A DNA stretch of 64,000 nucleotides from Saccharospirillaceae bacterium (GTDB lineage Bacteria; Pseudomonadota; Gammaproteobacteria; Pseudomonadales; Oceanobacteraceae). Below the pieces are notes generated by a model, which worked only from the letters and a program-made list of their open reading frames with translations, was not told where the DNA came from and searched no databases. How positions within the stretch are numbered: position 1 is the stretch's first letter; each line of letters begins with the position of its first letter. The stretch is from positions 46,353 to 110,352 of the forward strand of contig JAJOJJ010000021.1 of assembly GCA_021208685.1 (NCBI GenBank), in the 5' to 3' direction. Positions 56,162 through 64,000 of this stretch are shown here, piece by piece. The position numbers were made by a program, and so were the translations under genes.

Positions 56162-56424
56162 TTTACCGAGATTTCCAGCGCTGGCTTAAATTCGGTTGAA
56201 ACAAAACCGGCCAGATCGATGGCATAGCCCTGATCCAGATACCCTTCCAGCACCTTTTTATCTTCCGGGTGTACAGTGCGCATCAGAAAATTATTGGCCG
56301 GTGCCACTTTGTTATCAGGCATCATTTCATTCTGAAAGCTGTTAAACGCCAGCATATCCACCTTAAAGCGGATTACGTCTTTACCCACGTTCAGGGTGAT
56401 GTTTTTACCTTGTGCATCTGCCAT
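56155..56424 (-). CDS. Tail assembly chaperone
   Basis: NEMMPDNKVAPANNFLMRTV; immediately upstream of the tape measure gene; ATG 56424 with AGGTG RBS. Confidence 0.85.
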   Translation of the reverse strand: MADAQGKNITLNVGKDVIRFKVDMLAFNSFQNEMMPDNKVAPANNFLMRTVHPEDKKVLEGYLDQGYAIDLAGFVSTEFKPALEISVKV

Positions 56425-56443
56425 TTTATTCACCTGCTTACCG

Positions 56444-56698
56444 TTATTTATTCAGCGCATGCTGTGCGCCGATGACCATTACCGTGACCGCGCCCGATAT
56501 AAACAGGCCGATCAATGAACGACGAACCACAACAGCTACCTGCTCACTGGCTTGTCTTTGTTGGCGTAAAAATGCCATATCTTTTTGGGCGTCCAGATGG
56601 TTTTCAGTATCAAACCCCAGCCGCATCAGTGCGTTATTGGTTCCATCCTCGGCGGCTTTCTTTACGAGTTTTTCCAGCCTGTCCTCGTTTAATTCCAT
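56444..56698 (-). CDS. Putative holin-like membrane protein
   Basis: 84 aa with a single C-terminal hydrophobic helix (SLIGLFISGAVTVMVIGA), within the lysis position. Confidence 0.5.
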   Translation of the reverse strand: MELNEDRLEKLVKKAAEDGTNNALMRLGFDTENHLDAQKDMAFLRQQRQASEQVAVVVRRSLIGLFISGAVTVMVIGAQHALNK

Positions 56699-56708
56699 AA
56701 CGCCCCCG

Positions 56709-56939
56709 CTATTCCCGCGCTTTTTTCAGCCCGTCTTTCAACAACTGGTTTACAATTTCTTCCACGGTTTCTTTCATCAGAGTATTGGTCGTCATACTTG
56801 CCAGTTTCCGCAGTCCGGCAACCACCAGGCGTGTAATCAACCGCTCCACGATGATTTTCCAACCAATCCGCCCTATCAGAGCGCTGATGGCATCAACCAA
56901 CAATTTCCATGTCAGAGAATTGAATATCGCCTGAATCAT
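56709..56939 (-). CDS. Small cationic amphipathic lysis-cassette protein
   Basis: 76 aa, 12 K/R versus 7 D/E, no Cys; overlaps the endolysin stop. Confidence 0.6.
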   Translation of the reverse strand: MIQAIFNSLTWKLLVDAISALIGRIGWKIIVERLITRLVVAGLRKLASMTTNTLMKETVEEIVNQLLKDGLKKARE

Positions 56940-57415
56940 GCGGTGTGCTCCTCTGTTGTTCCCCAGGCTTCCATGTACGCTTTAAGGTAGTCATCCACCG
57001 TGGCGGCACCGGCTTCTGTGTTCCAATGACGTTTTGCGTACTCTGCCAGTCCCTTCAGATCGTCGGCCTCAGGTAACGGCTCTGGTATTGAAAACAGGTA
57101 TACCCGCGCCATTGCCGCAGCCAATACAGAATCGGTCACCAGTCGCGCTGGCATGCATTTGCGTGGCACTGTCGGGAATTTCCCGGTGCGGCTCAGATAC
57201 TCGATACAAAATTCATAGGTCGCCGGTTCCATCTGGAACAGCCCCAGCGCCGGGCCTCGCACCTGGCGGCAGAATGAAAACATGCCGCTTTCGTGAGCGG
57301 AGATCATCATCAGCAGGCGCACGGCGGCTTCTGAATCCGGCAGATTAAATCGAGACAAAGCCTGTTCAATGGTGGCCCGGACTGCCAGTGCAAGATTGCG
57401 GTTTGATACGCTCAT
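56936..57415 (-). CDS. Putative lysozyme-fold endolysin
   Basis: AHESG (catalytic Glu candidate), GPALGLFQMEPAT and KRHWNT; follows the tail tube gene. Confidence 0.7.
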   Translation of the reverse strand: MSVSNRNLALAVRATIEQALSRFNLPDSEAAVRLLMMISAHESGMFSFCRQVRGPALGLFQMEPATYEFCIEYLSRTGKFPTVPRKCMPARLVTDSVLAAAMARVYLFSIPEPLPEADDLKGLAEYAKRHWNTEAGAATVDDYLKAYMEAWGTTEEHTA

Positions 57416-57424
57416 AATGCCCCC

Positions 57425-57886
57425 TTAAATCAGGCCGAAGCCTGCGCCTTTCACATAAGGCACACCGTTAATTTTCACGAAGTCTTCACCGGTTACGTCA
57501 TAAGGAATCGTGACCGTAGATTTATCCGTGCTGGTCGGATCGATGTTCAGAAGGCTTGAAATTTTCATTTTGCAGCCATCTGCATACACCGCCATATTCT
57601 CGGCAACTGCACCGCCGCCCACCGCGTAGGTGTGAATCGGGAACGGTGGCAGTTCCTGCCAGCTTCCTGCAGCCGCTGCGGCAGTCGTCAGCAAATTAAA
57701 CTGCGAAATATCCAGCACCAACTCACCACTAGCGGCTACGTCGCCCTCGATAAAGCCAGCAGGAACACCTTTGTTTTTTGCTACGGTGGTGTTGTCTTCA
57801 ATATCCAGCGTCATGCTTTCCACATGCACCAGAAACCCCATAATGCGCACGTCAAACGACTTGCCGCTGATGCGTTGTCCGCTCAT
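57425..57886 (-). CDS. Tail tube protein (DUF2597-like)
   Basis: RISGKSFD, GDVAASGEL and DFVKINGVPY. Confidence 0.85.
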   Translation of the reverse strand: MSGQRISGKSFDVRIMGFLVHVESMTLDIEDNTTVAKNKGVPAGFIEGDVAASGELVLDISQFNLLTTAAAAAGSWQELPPFPIHTYAVGGGAVAENMAVYADGCKMKISSLLNIDPTSTDKSTVTIPYDVTGEDFVKINGVPYVKGAGFGLI

Positions 57887-57888
57887 TG

Positions 57889-59061
57889 CTATTTCTCCAG
57901 CCGGTTCAGATCAAGACTGATGTAATTGGTAATTTTTTTCGGGCTGTTTTTTGGAGCCACTTTGGTTGCCAGCACAACTTCCGTGGTGCTCGTCCATGTG
58001 ATAACCATGTCGCCGTCTTCAGGCTCCTGCACCAGCCCCGCTGCAGGCTCTCCGTTAATGGGTACCGCTTTCGCCGCATCACGTACCGGGGCCATAAAGT
58101 GTTCGGCGTAATACGCTGTGCTGCTGGCGCTGGCATTAAACGCGCGGTTACCGATTTGATTAATCATCAGCAGGCGCTGGCGGCGGCTCACATAATCGAT
58201 AACGCGGCGGTTTTCATACACGCGGAAATCACCGTCTTCAGCATCAAGGCTGCAATGGTCGGCCCAAAAAATGCCGTCTTTATCCGGGTACCACCAGGGC
58301 ACACTGAAACCGGCGTTCGCCAGTTCTTTCAAATGATCCAGCTCCAGCGCCACACCATCACTGTCTGCGGGAATTTCGCCCAGCCCGGCCACTGCTCCGG
58401 TTTTAACCCGCATGGGGCTATCACCGATGCTCACATACTCGCTGCACAGGCGGCCAATAACCACGCCCAGATTGGTACCCATTAATTGCGGTACCAGATG
58501 CACCCGGTCATGCGTGTTTGCATCCAGAATGGCTTTGGTTGCTGTGATGTACGCCGCCCAGGTGCTGCCACTGTTGCCCGCTACTGGCGCATGAATAGTG
58601 ATGTACTTGGCCCAGGTATTAATCGCGTTGGTTGTTGCTGCCTGCATTGCAGCAAGCTGTGCGGCGGTGGTTACTGCGTCAGTAAGAACCACCATTTCCG
58701 GGTAAAGGTTATTCGGCTGACCCAGCGCAATTTCCAGCGCCGCTTCCCAATCCGAAAATGGCGTACCGGTTTCGCCGTCACCCAGGGCCGAATACAGTGG
58801 CACAACATACGCGGTCCAGTTTGGCCCCACGTTTTGTTGTGCTGCTTTGATCTGCATTTTCAGCGTGCTGTCTGCGTCGCCCAGAATGGCGTCCAGATCG
58901 GTGGCCGCACCGATTGTATGAATGGTGGCGGCGGTGGTATCTGTCACGGCACTATCAGCGTTCTCCTGATTCAGGCCGATAAACAGTACGCGGCGTTCGA
59001 CTTCTGCATTTCCGCCCTGGCTAAGGTTATTTTGATAAATACTGATCGATGGTGTTGCCAT
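57889..59061 (-). CDS. Tail sheath protein (DUF2586-like)
   Basis: ERRVLFIG, DSPMRVKTG, FSVPWWYPDKDGIFWAD and ENRRVID. Confidence 0.88.
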   Translation of the reverse strand: MATPSISIYQNNLSQGGNAEVERRVLFIGLNQENADSAVTDTTAATIHTIGAATDLDAILGDADSTLKMQIKAAQQNVGPNWTAYVVPLYSALGDGETGTPFSDWEAALEIALGQPNNLYPEMVVLTDAVTTAAQLAAMQAATTNAINTWAKYITIHAPVAGNSGSTWAAYITATKAILDANTHDRVHLVPQLMGTNLGVVIGRLCSEYVSIGDSPMRVKTGAVAGLGEIPADSDGVALELDHLKELANAGFSVPWWYPDKDGIFWADHCSLDAEDGDFRVYENRRVIDYVSRRQRLLMINQIGNRAFNASASSTAYYAEHFMAPVRDAAKAVPINGEPAAGLVQEPEDGDMVITWTSTTEVVLATKVAPKNSPKKITNYISLDLNRLEK

Positions 59062-59073
59062 TGTGGCTCCTGT

Positions 59074-59763
59074 TTACGCAGCTTTGCGCACGTCGTTCAA
59101 AATGTCGTTAATAAGATGGTTCGTAATGTCCTGCACATCGGCTTTATTCAGGCCGAAGAATTCACGCTGCGGCAGCGGAATATCCCATTGCTGCTGTGTC
59201 TCTTTCTTTTCGCGCAACAGCCGCAAAATTAATCCAGCCTGTCCAACGGTCATGTTTTCCATAATCCAGCGCTGGCTAACACGACGGCTTTTTGCAGTGC
59301 CTTTTTTCTTACCGCCTTTGAACTTACCGGCAGGCTGTCGGTAGCCTTCTTTAATCAGGGCTTTTGCCTGAGCTGCAGTGGCATCAGCGTTATAGTCAGG
59401 TTCACCACGACGGCGTGCTGATTGTGCCGCTTTTGCCGCCGTCATGGTGGTGGTAATACCTTCCTGATGAGCCCGCGCTATCTGCCCGGTTCTGTTTTTT
59501 GAAAATGTCACCGTCGCTTTGTTCGCGCCGATAAATGCTTTCAGCTTTGATGGCATTTTCCGCAATACCGGTTTATTTCCGCGCTTACGCGGTGCAAACG
59601 ACCGGCCGTTAATATCGCGCTGCTGCTTTACGTTTTCCTTCGCTCGGCGGATAACCGTTTTTGCCACGTAGCGGTGATGTCGAACCCGCGCCCGTTTCGG
59701 CATACGCAGCACATCAATCTGCTGTTTCAGCGTTAAATCACCGGACAGCTTTAATGTCAGCAT
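59074..59763 (-). CDS. Virion morphogenesis / tail completion protein (gpS-like)
   Basis: QQRDINGRSFAPRK, IARAHQEG and PQREFFG; basic protein. Confidence 0.82.
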   Translation of the reverse strand: MLTLKLSGDLTLKQQIDVLRMPKRARVRHHRYVAKTVIRRAKENVKQQRDINGRSFAPRKRGNKPVLRKMPSKLKAFIGANKATVTFSKNRTGQIARAHQEGITTTMTAAKAAQSARRRGEPDYNADATAAQAKALIKEGYRQPAGKFKGGKKKGTAKSRRVSQRWIMENMTVGQAGLILRLLREKKETQQQWDIPLPQREFFGLNKADVQDITNHLINDILNDVRKAA

Positions 59764-60239
59764 CAGCGCACACCAACCGTATAACCAATGGATTCCGCAA
59801 TCCCCATGCTGTGCTCGCCGAATGTCCAGCGCTCGCCGTTGGCCACCACCGGTCCGTTACTGCTGCGCGTTAAATAAATTCCGTCGCGTACGTCCAGTGT
59901 GTATTCCACCTGCAGTACCTTGCCGCCGCCGCTTTGCTTTGTGGTACTACTGGTAATCACCTGCGGCGCACTCAAATCGCGGCGGGTGCATTCATCCAGC
60001 GAGCATTCCCAGTTGTGCAGCATCGCCAGCAACAGGCCGCCCCGGTGTGCGTGCATGGCTTCAATGCTCAACGCCAGGCGATACTGGTAATCACAAAAGT
60101 GAAGCCCGTCTTCCGTCTCCTTTCCGCTGCCGCTTTCTATCGTTCCCTGGTCAATCCACAGGTCGAACGATTGCCGGTTAATACCCAGTACATTCAGGTT
60201 TTCCAGCAGTAGCGAATTCAGACTTTCCAGTGTTTTCAC
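59763..60239 (-). CDS. Tail completion/terminator protein (gpR-like)
   Basis: Position after head completion; size and YRLALSIE pattern. Confidence 0.65.
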   Translation of the reverse strand: MKTLESLNSLLLENLNVLGINRQSFDLWIDQGTIESGSGKETEDGLHFCDYQYRLALSIEAMHAHRGGLLLAMLHNWECSLDECTRRDLSAPQVITSSTTKQSGGGKVLQVEYTLDVRDGIYLTRSSNGPVVANGERWTFGEHSMGIAESIGYTVGVR

Positions 60240-60247
60240 CGCGCCCC

Positions 60248-60694
60248 CTAAATCAGATACACGCCGGTGGCACTTTCGCCGCTGATATTGGCGATTGCAG
60301 CGGTGGATTGCGCGGCGTACTGGTCGGCCACTTCGTTTCTGTCGTCGTCAGCCTGCATAGGTCGGCGGCTTAATAAATCGGCCATAGCGGCTGAATAAAC
60401 GGCGGTCTGGTACAGAACCACTAAAACAATGGACGCGCCGATTGTGTGGCCGTCCACGTCGGCCAGCCTTGTATATCCAGCGGCCTCTGACTCTGTTTTA
60501 AATCCGGACAAGCGCCGGTTTGTTTCGGCAGCGGCAAGAATCAGCGCATTGCTGATCATGGCGTTGTCCAGTTCTGCCGGTACCGCGTACTGCTGGCAAA
60601 ATGCAGCCGCATTCAATGGCGGCCAGAACGGCGCGTTGGCAATGTCGTCACTGCTGCGCTGTTGTTCCTGTGCGGCTGCCCATGAATACGTCAT
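60248..60694 (-). CDS. Head completion/stabilisation protein (gpL-like)
   Basis: NAPFWPPL, LYQTAVYSAAMA and terminal GVYLI. Confidence 0.85.
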   Translation of the reverse strand: MTYSWAAAQEQQRSSDDIANAPFWPPLNAAAFCQQYAVPAELDNAMISNALILAAAETNRRLSGFKTESEAAGYTRLADVDGHTIGASIVLVVLYQTAVYSAAMADLLSRRPMQADDDRNEVADQYAAQSTAAIANISGESATGVYLI

Positions 60695-60719
60695 TTAATC
60701 GCCCTCAGCGTTAATAGGT

Positions 60720-60783
60720 GGGCGGCTTACTTAACCCTTTCAGACAGGCCTCTGCCTGAGCTGCTGAAGGTTAAGGGCCACCC
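60720..60783 (-). other. Nested intergenic stem-loop between terminase small subunit and head completion genes
   Basis: GGGTGGC/GCCGCCC, CTTAACC/GGTTAAG and TCAGGCAG/CTGTCTGA stems. Confidence 0.65.
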
Positions 60784-60800
60784 GGTGGTGCGTGAGTCTT

Positions 60801-61565
60801 TTATTCGGTGTCAGCGTCCGTGCTGTCGTTGTCCACACTGGGCAGGGGAATTCCCTGCTTTTCCAGTTCTTTAACCACCTGCTTTTTCAGCGTGGTTACT
60901 TTGGCCGGGTGCTTTGGTGTGCCCAGTAAATCGGCTTTGGTCAGCTGCACATAAGCGCTTTCCCATTCACCGTTATCCGTTGCCAGCTGTCCGGCCATCT
61001 TGTGGTATTTCATTTTTACGGCTTGCGGTACCGGCCAATCCGTAATCAGTGCAGCAATTTCAGAAAATAGCGGTTCCGGGCTATGTGATAACTTCACTTG
61101 CTGCTGGGCCCACTGCATGACGGCATCGGCGATGAATGTGGCAATATTTTTGGTGGTAAAGCGTGGCGGTAAGCGCTGGCCTTCCTCTACGCATTGCAGT
61201 GCCAACTCTTTGAACAGCACCGCATTACCCGCTGCGTGACCGGCAACCAGCAAGTCAAAGCACCAGATCATCATTTCCACAAGAATCGGGTTGGCGTACA
61301 CGTCGCCCTGCGCTTTGTAGGTTTCGACGTGTTCCATATAAATGGCAAAACGCTCAGCTTTAATTGCCGCTTTTTCTTCCAGTGACTTACCGGATAACAG
61401 CACCAGATCCTGTTCCAGATTCATGCACAGGCTTTCAAAGCCTGACGCTGTTGTGGTCAGTTCGTTAACGGCTTCTGCGTCAGCAGATTCAATGGCAGCG
61501 CGTGTCTTCGCCTGCTCTCGTTCTTTACGTTTACGTTCTGCCCAAATGCGTGCTGGTGTAGTCAT
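60801..61565 (-). CDS. Terminase small (endonuclease) subunit, gpM-like
   Basis: ILVEMMIWCFD, QRLPPRF, VKMKYHK and KVTTLKK. Confidence 0.85.
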   Translation of the reverse strand: MTTPARIWAERKRKEREQAKTRAAIESADAEAVNELTTTASGFESLCMNLEQDLVLLSGKSLEEKAAIKAERFAIYMEHVETYKAQGDVYANPILVEMMIWCFDLLVAGHAAGNAVLFKELALQCVEEGQRLPPRFTTKNIATFIADAVMQWAQQQVKLSHSPEPLFSEIAALITDWPVPQAVKMKYHKMAGQLATDNGEWESAYVQLTKADLLGTPKHPAKVTTLKKQVVKELEKQGIPLPSVDNDSTDADTE

Positions 61566-61649
61566 GGTGGTTATCCTGTGTATTTTCTTTTGTGCATTTA
61601 ATGGCCCCGGTTAGGGGGCCATTAATTCATCGGCTATTACCGCAGCCGA

Positions 61650-62714
61650 TCAGGCGAAATCGCCAGCTGGAGTATTTTCGTTAACGATAACGACAGACTC
61701 CGGCTCAAACGCTGCAATGGCAAAACGATCACCGATGGCATAGGCATCGTTCGAGCTGATCCAGTCGTTAATGCGGTTACGTTTCGGCTCGTCCTGATTC
61801 TGGCGACGGGTGCGGTCTTCCTGGTAATACAGGTGCAGGTTTTTCAGGTCGGTTACCACCAGGCCGTTATCCGGAAAGTTCGGCACCTGCACGGCTTTCA
61901 GACCGCCATAGGTTGCAGACAGGGTGGTGATACCCAGTTTCTTTTCAGAAGGTGTTCCTGCATGTTCAGTCAGTGCCTTGCCGACGTCAGCGGATACGAG
62001 GGCGGCACCTACAATCACCACTTCATCACCGGTACGACGCTCGACAGGAATCATCTGGTACAGGTCATACGCTGCTGCATCCAGATTCTGGTAATCCTTG
62101 TTATTGGTGTTTTTACCAATGAAGATTTTACCGGTACCGGTGTGCTTACCTTCGCCCACAATGTTTTCTGGCACCTGATCACGCATGACCTGCAGCCAGC
62201 CTTTGTTCACATCCTGCCCCAGCGGATAGGTTGCTTTATTGGTTGTCGCCGCAGCATGTGTGCCGTACCAGCCAATGGTGATACGGGTCAGCGCAATGGC
62301 TTTAAAAACCGCCTTCATATAACGGCTGTAAAAGTCTTTGTAACGAGCCCACAAATCGAGCGTTGGATATTTGATGTACACATCAAAATCCGTCTGTGCC
62401 ACTTCCCAGGTGGTGCCATCCGGTGCGCCCAGTTCGGTACCAGAGCGCTCACCAGATCCACTGGTATCGGTACGGCCACCAATCATGCCTACTGCGGCCA
62501 TATCCAGCGCCTGACCTTTCATATCAACAACCGGAGCCATGCTGATCATGGTCAGAAATTCAGATGATTTCTGCACACTGTCATTCAGCTTGGTTTCAAT
62601 CGGTTCCGAGACAGCAAACTGCTTAGCTGCAGCTACATCAGCAAAAGCAACAGCATTGACGTTAGCAATGGCAAACAGCAGTTTGTTAAATTTATTTCGT
62701 GTTTCAGTACGCAT
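61650..62714 (-). CDS. Major capsid protein, P2 family
   Basis: IGWYG, PLGQDVNKGWLQ, VPNFP, NLHLYYQ and SSNDAY. Confidence 0.95.
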   Translation of the reverse strand: MRTETRNKFNKLLFAIANVNAVAFADVAAAKQFAVSEPIETKLNDSVQKSSEFLTMISMAPVVDMKGQALDMAAVGMIGGRTDTSGSGERSGTELGAPDGTTWEVAQTDFDVYIKYPTLDLWARYKDFYSRYMKAVFKAIALTRITIGWYGTHAAATTNKATYPLGQDVNKGWLQVMRDQVPENIVGEGKHTGTGKIFIGKNTNNKDYQNLDAAAYDLYQMIPVERRTGDEVVIVGAALVSADVGKALTEHAGTPSEKKLGITTLSATYGGLKAVQVPNFPDNGLVVTDLKNLHLYYQEDRTRRQNQDEPKRNRINDWISSNDAYAIGDRFAIAAFEPESVVIVNENTPAGDFA

Positions 62715-62766
62715 ATCGGTTTCCCTTTTCCAGCTATTTAGCCGTTGCTTGCAATGATGTTTTTAA

Positions 62767-63639
62767 TTAACAGACGCCGCTTACATCGTCGTCTTCAGAT
62801 GGACCGGTAAATTCGGTGAACTGAGTGTTATTGCCCGGTGTTTTTTTCAGCTCTGCGAACTGCTCTTCAAGGTTCTTTTGACCGTCCTGAATCGCTTTCA
62901 GAGTTTTAGAAAGTTCAGCAGCACTGAATTGTTTATCGTTTCCTTCATCGCCAGCCGGTGGTGTTGCCGTGTCCGGTGATTTTTTCAGCTCAGCAATGGC
63001 TGCGGTGAATTTTTCGCCCTGAGCTTCAATGGCTGAAGTAAAGGCGGTGGTCAGTTGTTTCATTTGTTCAGGTGTCATAGCGTCTTCGTCCTGTTCAGGT
63101 TCTTGTGTCTGTGGAATGGGTGAGTGGGTGCTGAAGCGGTCCATCAGACTGCGCAAACCACCCATAAAGCTGGTGAACTTATCGCTCTGGTTATCCTGCA
63201 CGGTAAACTCCAGCGGCTTTGGTTCGGTGAACAGCGGCTTTTCACCATTAGGCAGCGCGCTGAATTTCATCATGTCGGTGCCAATGCTTGATGGTTTATC
63301 GGTAACCGCGAGACGGAACAAATACCACTTACCTTCCACTTCTTTCGGCCAGATGCTGAACCATAAGCGTTGCCCCATTCGGTTCATTTCCATTAGCCGG
63401 AAATTAGCGTTCAGTTTTCCTTCCAGCGATACCCGTCCGACTTTGTTACCCAGCCGAACCTCAGCCACATGGCCATAAGCTCCGAAGTAATCCAACTCAT
63501 GGTCAGCATCAATAACAGCGGTGTAATAATTCGGGTCATAGCGTTCCGCCATATCGTGCAGCCATTGCTCTTCAATTACCCGCCCGTCTACGGTTTCACC
63601 TGCTGTTGCCAACGTAAACCACTGATCAATTACCGGCAT
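62767..63639 (-). CDS. Capsid scaffolding protein (gpO)
   Basis: ATAGETVDGRVI and YLFRLAVTDKPSSIGT; start moved to ATG 63639. Confidence 0.92.
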   Translation of the reverse strand: MPVIDQWFTLATAGETVDGRVIEEQWLHDMAERYDPNYYTAVIDADHELDYFGAYGHVAEVRLGNKVGRVSLEGKLNANFRLMEMNRMGQRLWFSIWPKEVEGKWYLFRLAVTDKPSSIGTDMMKFSALPNGEKPLFTEPKPLEFTVQDNQSDKFTSFMGGLRSLMDRFSTHSPIPQTQEPEQDEDAMTPEQMKQLTTAFTSAIEAQGEKFTAAIAELKKSPDTATPPAGDEGNDKQFSAAELSKTLKAIQDGQKNLEEQFAELKKTPGNNTQFTEFTGPSEDDDVSGVC

Positions 63640-63863
63640 TACATATCCCCGCCCTTTATTCGTTTTCGCTTCTGCGTTCGGCTCAGTGCCTTTCGATATG
63701 TGCAGACTAGCCATTTAAAACGCGGTTTTTTAGCGGCAAAAATTCGCTATTTTTCTATTTGCTTATATCCAGAAGCCTTTAAAAATATTCGGCGCGTTTT
63801 TATATCACCGGGTTTATACACTGCAGAAAATCACCGCATTAACCGGCACAGAATTCTGCAGAT

Positions 63864-64000
63864 ATGGCGAAACGATATTCAGACGATACAAAGGCGCTGG
63901 CGCGTACCCTGTTTATAAAGCGGGTAACGGTTCCGGATATTGCGCGGGAAACCGGCGTTCCCCGCCGCACACTTTATGACTGGATTGAAAAAGACGGCTG
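63864..64000 (+). CDS. Terminase ATPase subunit (gpP-like), 5' partial
   Basis: MAKRYSDDTKALARTLFIKRVTVPDIARETGVPRRTLYDWIEKDG: N-terminal HTH, divergent from gpO as in P2-type phages; missing from the ORF track. Confidence 0.85.
   Translation, partial: MAKRYSDDTKALARTLFIKRVTVPDIARETGVPRRTLYDWIEKDG

Larger units (their letters stand above)
46103..64000 (-). mobile_element. P2-family (HP1/K139-like) prophage, late region; continues beyond the window
   Basis: Ordered scaffold-capsid-terminase small-head completion-tail completion-sheath-tube-lysis-chaperone-tape measure-baseplate-fibre genes, a divergent terminase ATPase, and a boundary at the tRNA 3' end. Confidence 0.95.

Noticed and set aside
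61833-62567. 244-aa plus-strand ORF
   Set aside because: Antisense shadow of the major capsid gene.

Overview
Gammaproteobacterial chromosome segment, probably from a marine Oceanospirillales-like host (inferred from gene style only). It has four blocks. (1) 1-4.6 kb, housekeeping: ung, lysS, prfB with its programmed +1 frameshift, bfd and a SnoaL-like gene. (2) 4.8-12.4 kb and 26.8-46 kb, a polar-type sigma54/sigma28 flagellar region. Its axial proteins are unusually large (FliD about 1316 aa, interrupted by a 1-nt frameshift; FliC 1033 aa; FlgE 1211 aa; FlgK 993 aa). It also contains flgB-L, cheV/cheR, flgAMN, ycgR and a FliT-like gene inside the flg operon. (3) 12.6-26.7 kb, a flagellin glycosylation island: maf, a legionaminic-acid pathway, acetamidino (amidotransferase/HisH/HisF) genes, and an extra class III aminotransferase, SDR and LbH acetyltransferase. 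(4) tRNA-Arg(CCT) at 46027-46102, followed by an att arm (IHF site plus arm repeats) and the late region of an apparently intact P2-family HP1/K139-like prophage that runs off the right edge. The best leads are a possibly amino-modified nonulosonate flagellin glycan, a low-GC lectin-like second receptor-binding gene in the prophage tail module, surface modules shared across the giant flagellar proteins, a split hub/spike, a spanin-less lysis cassette and an unannotated -1 frameshift extension of the tail chaperone. No database searches were run; family calls are from motif recognition.
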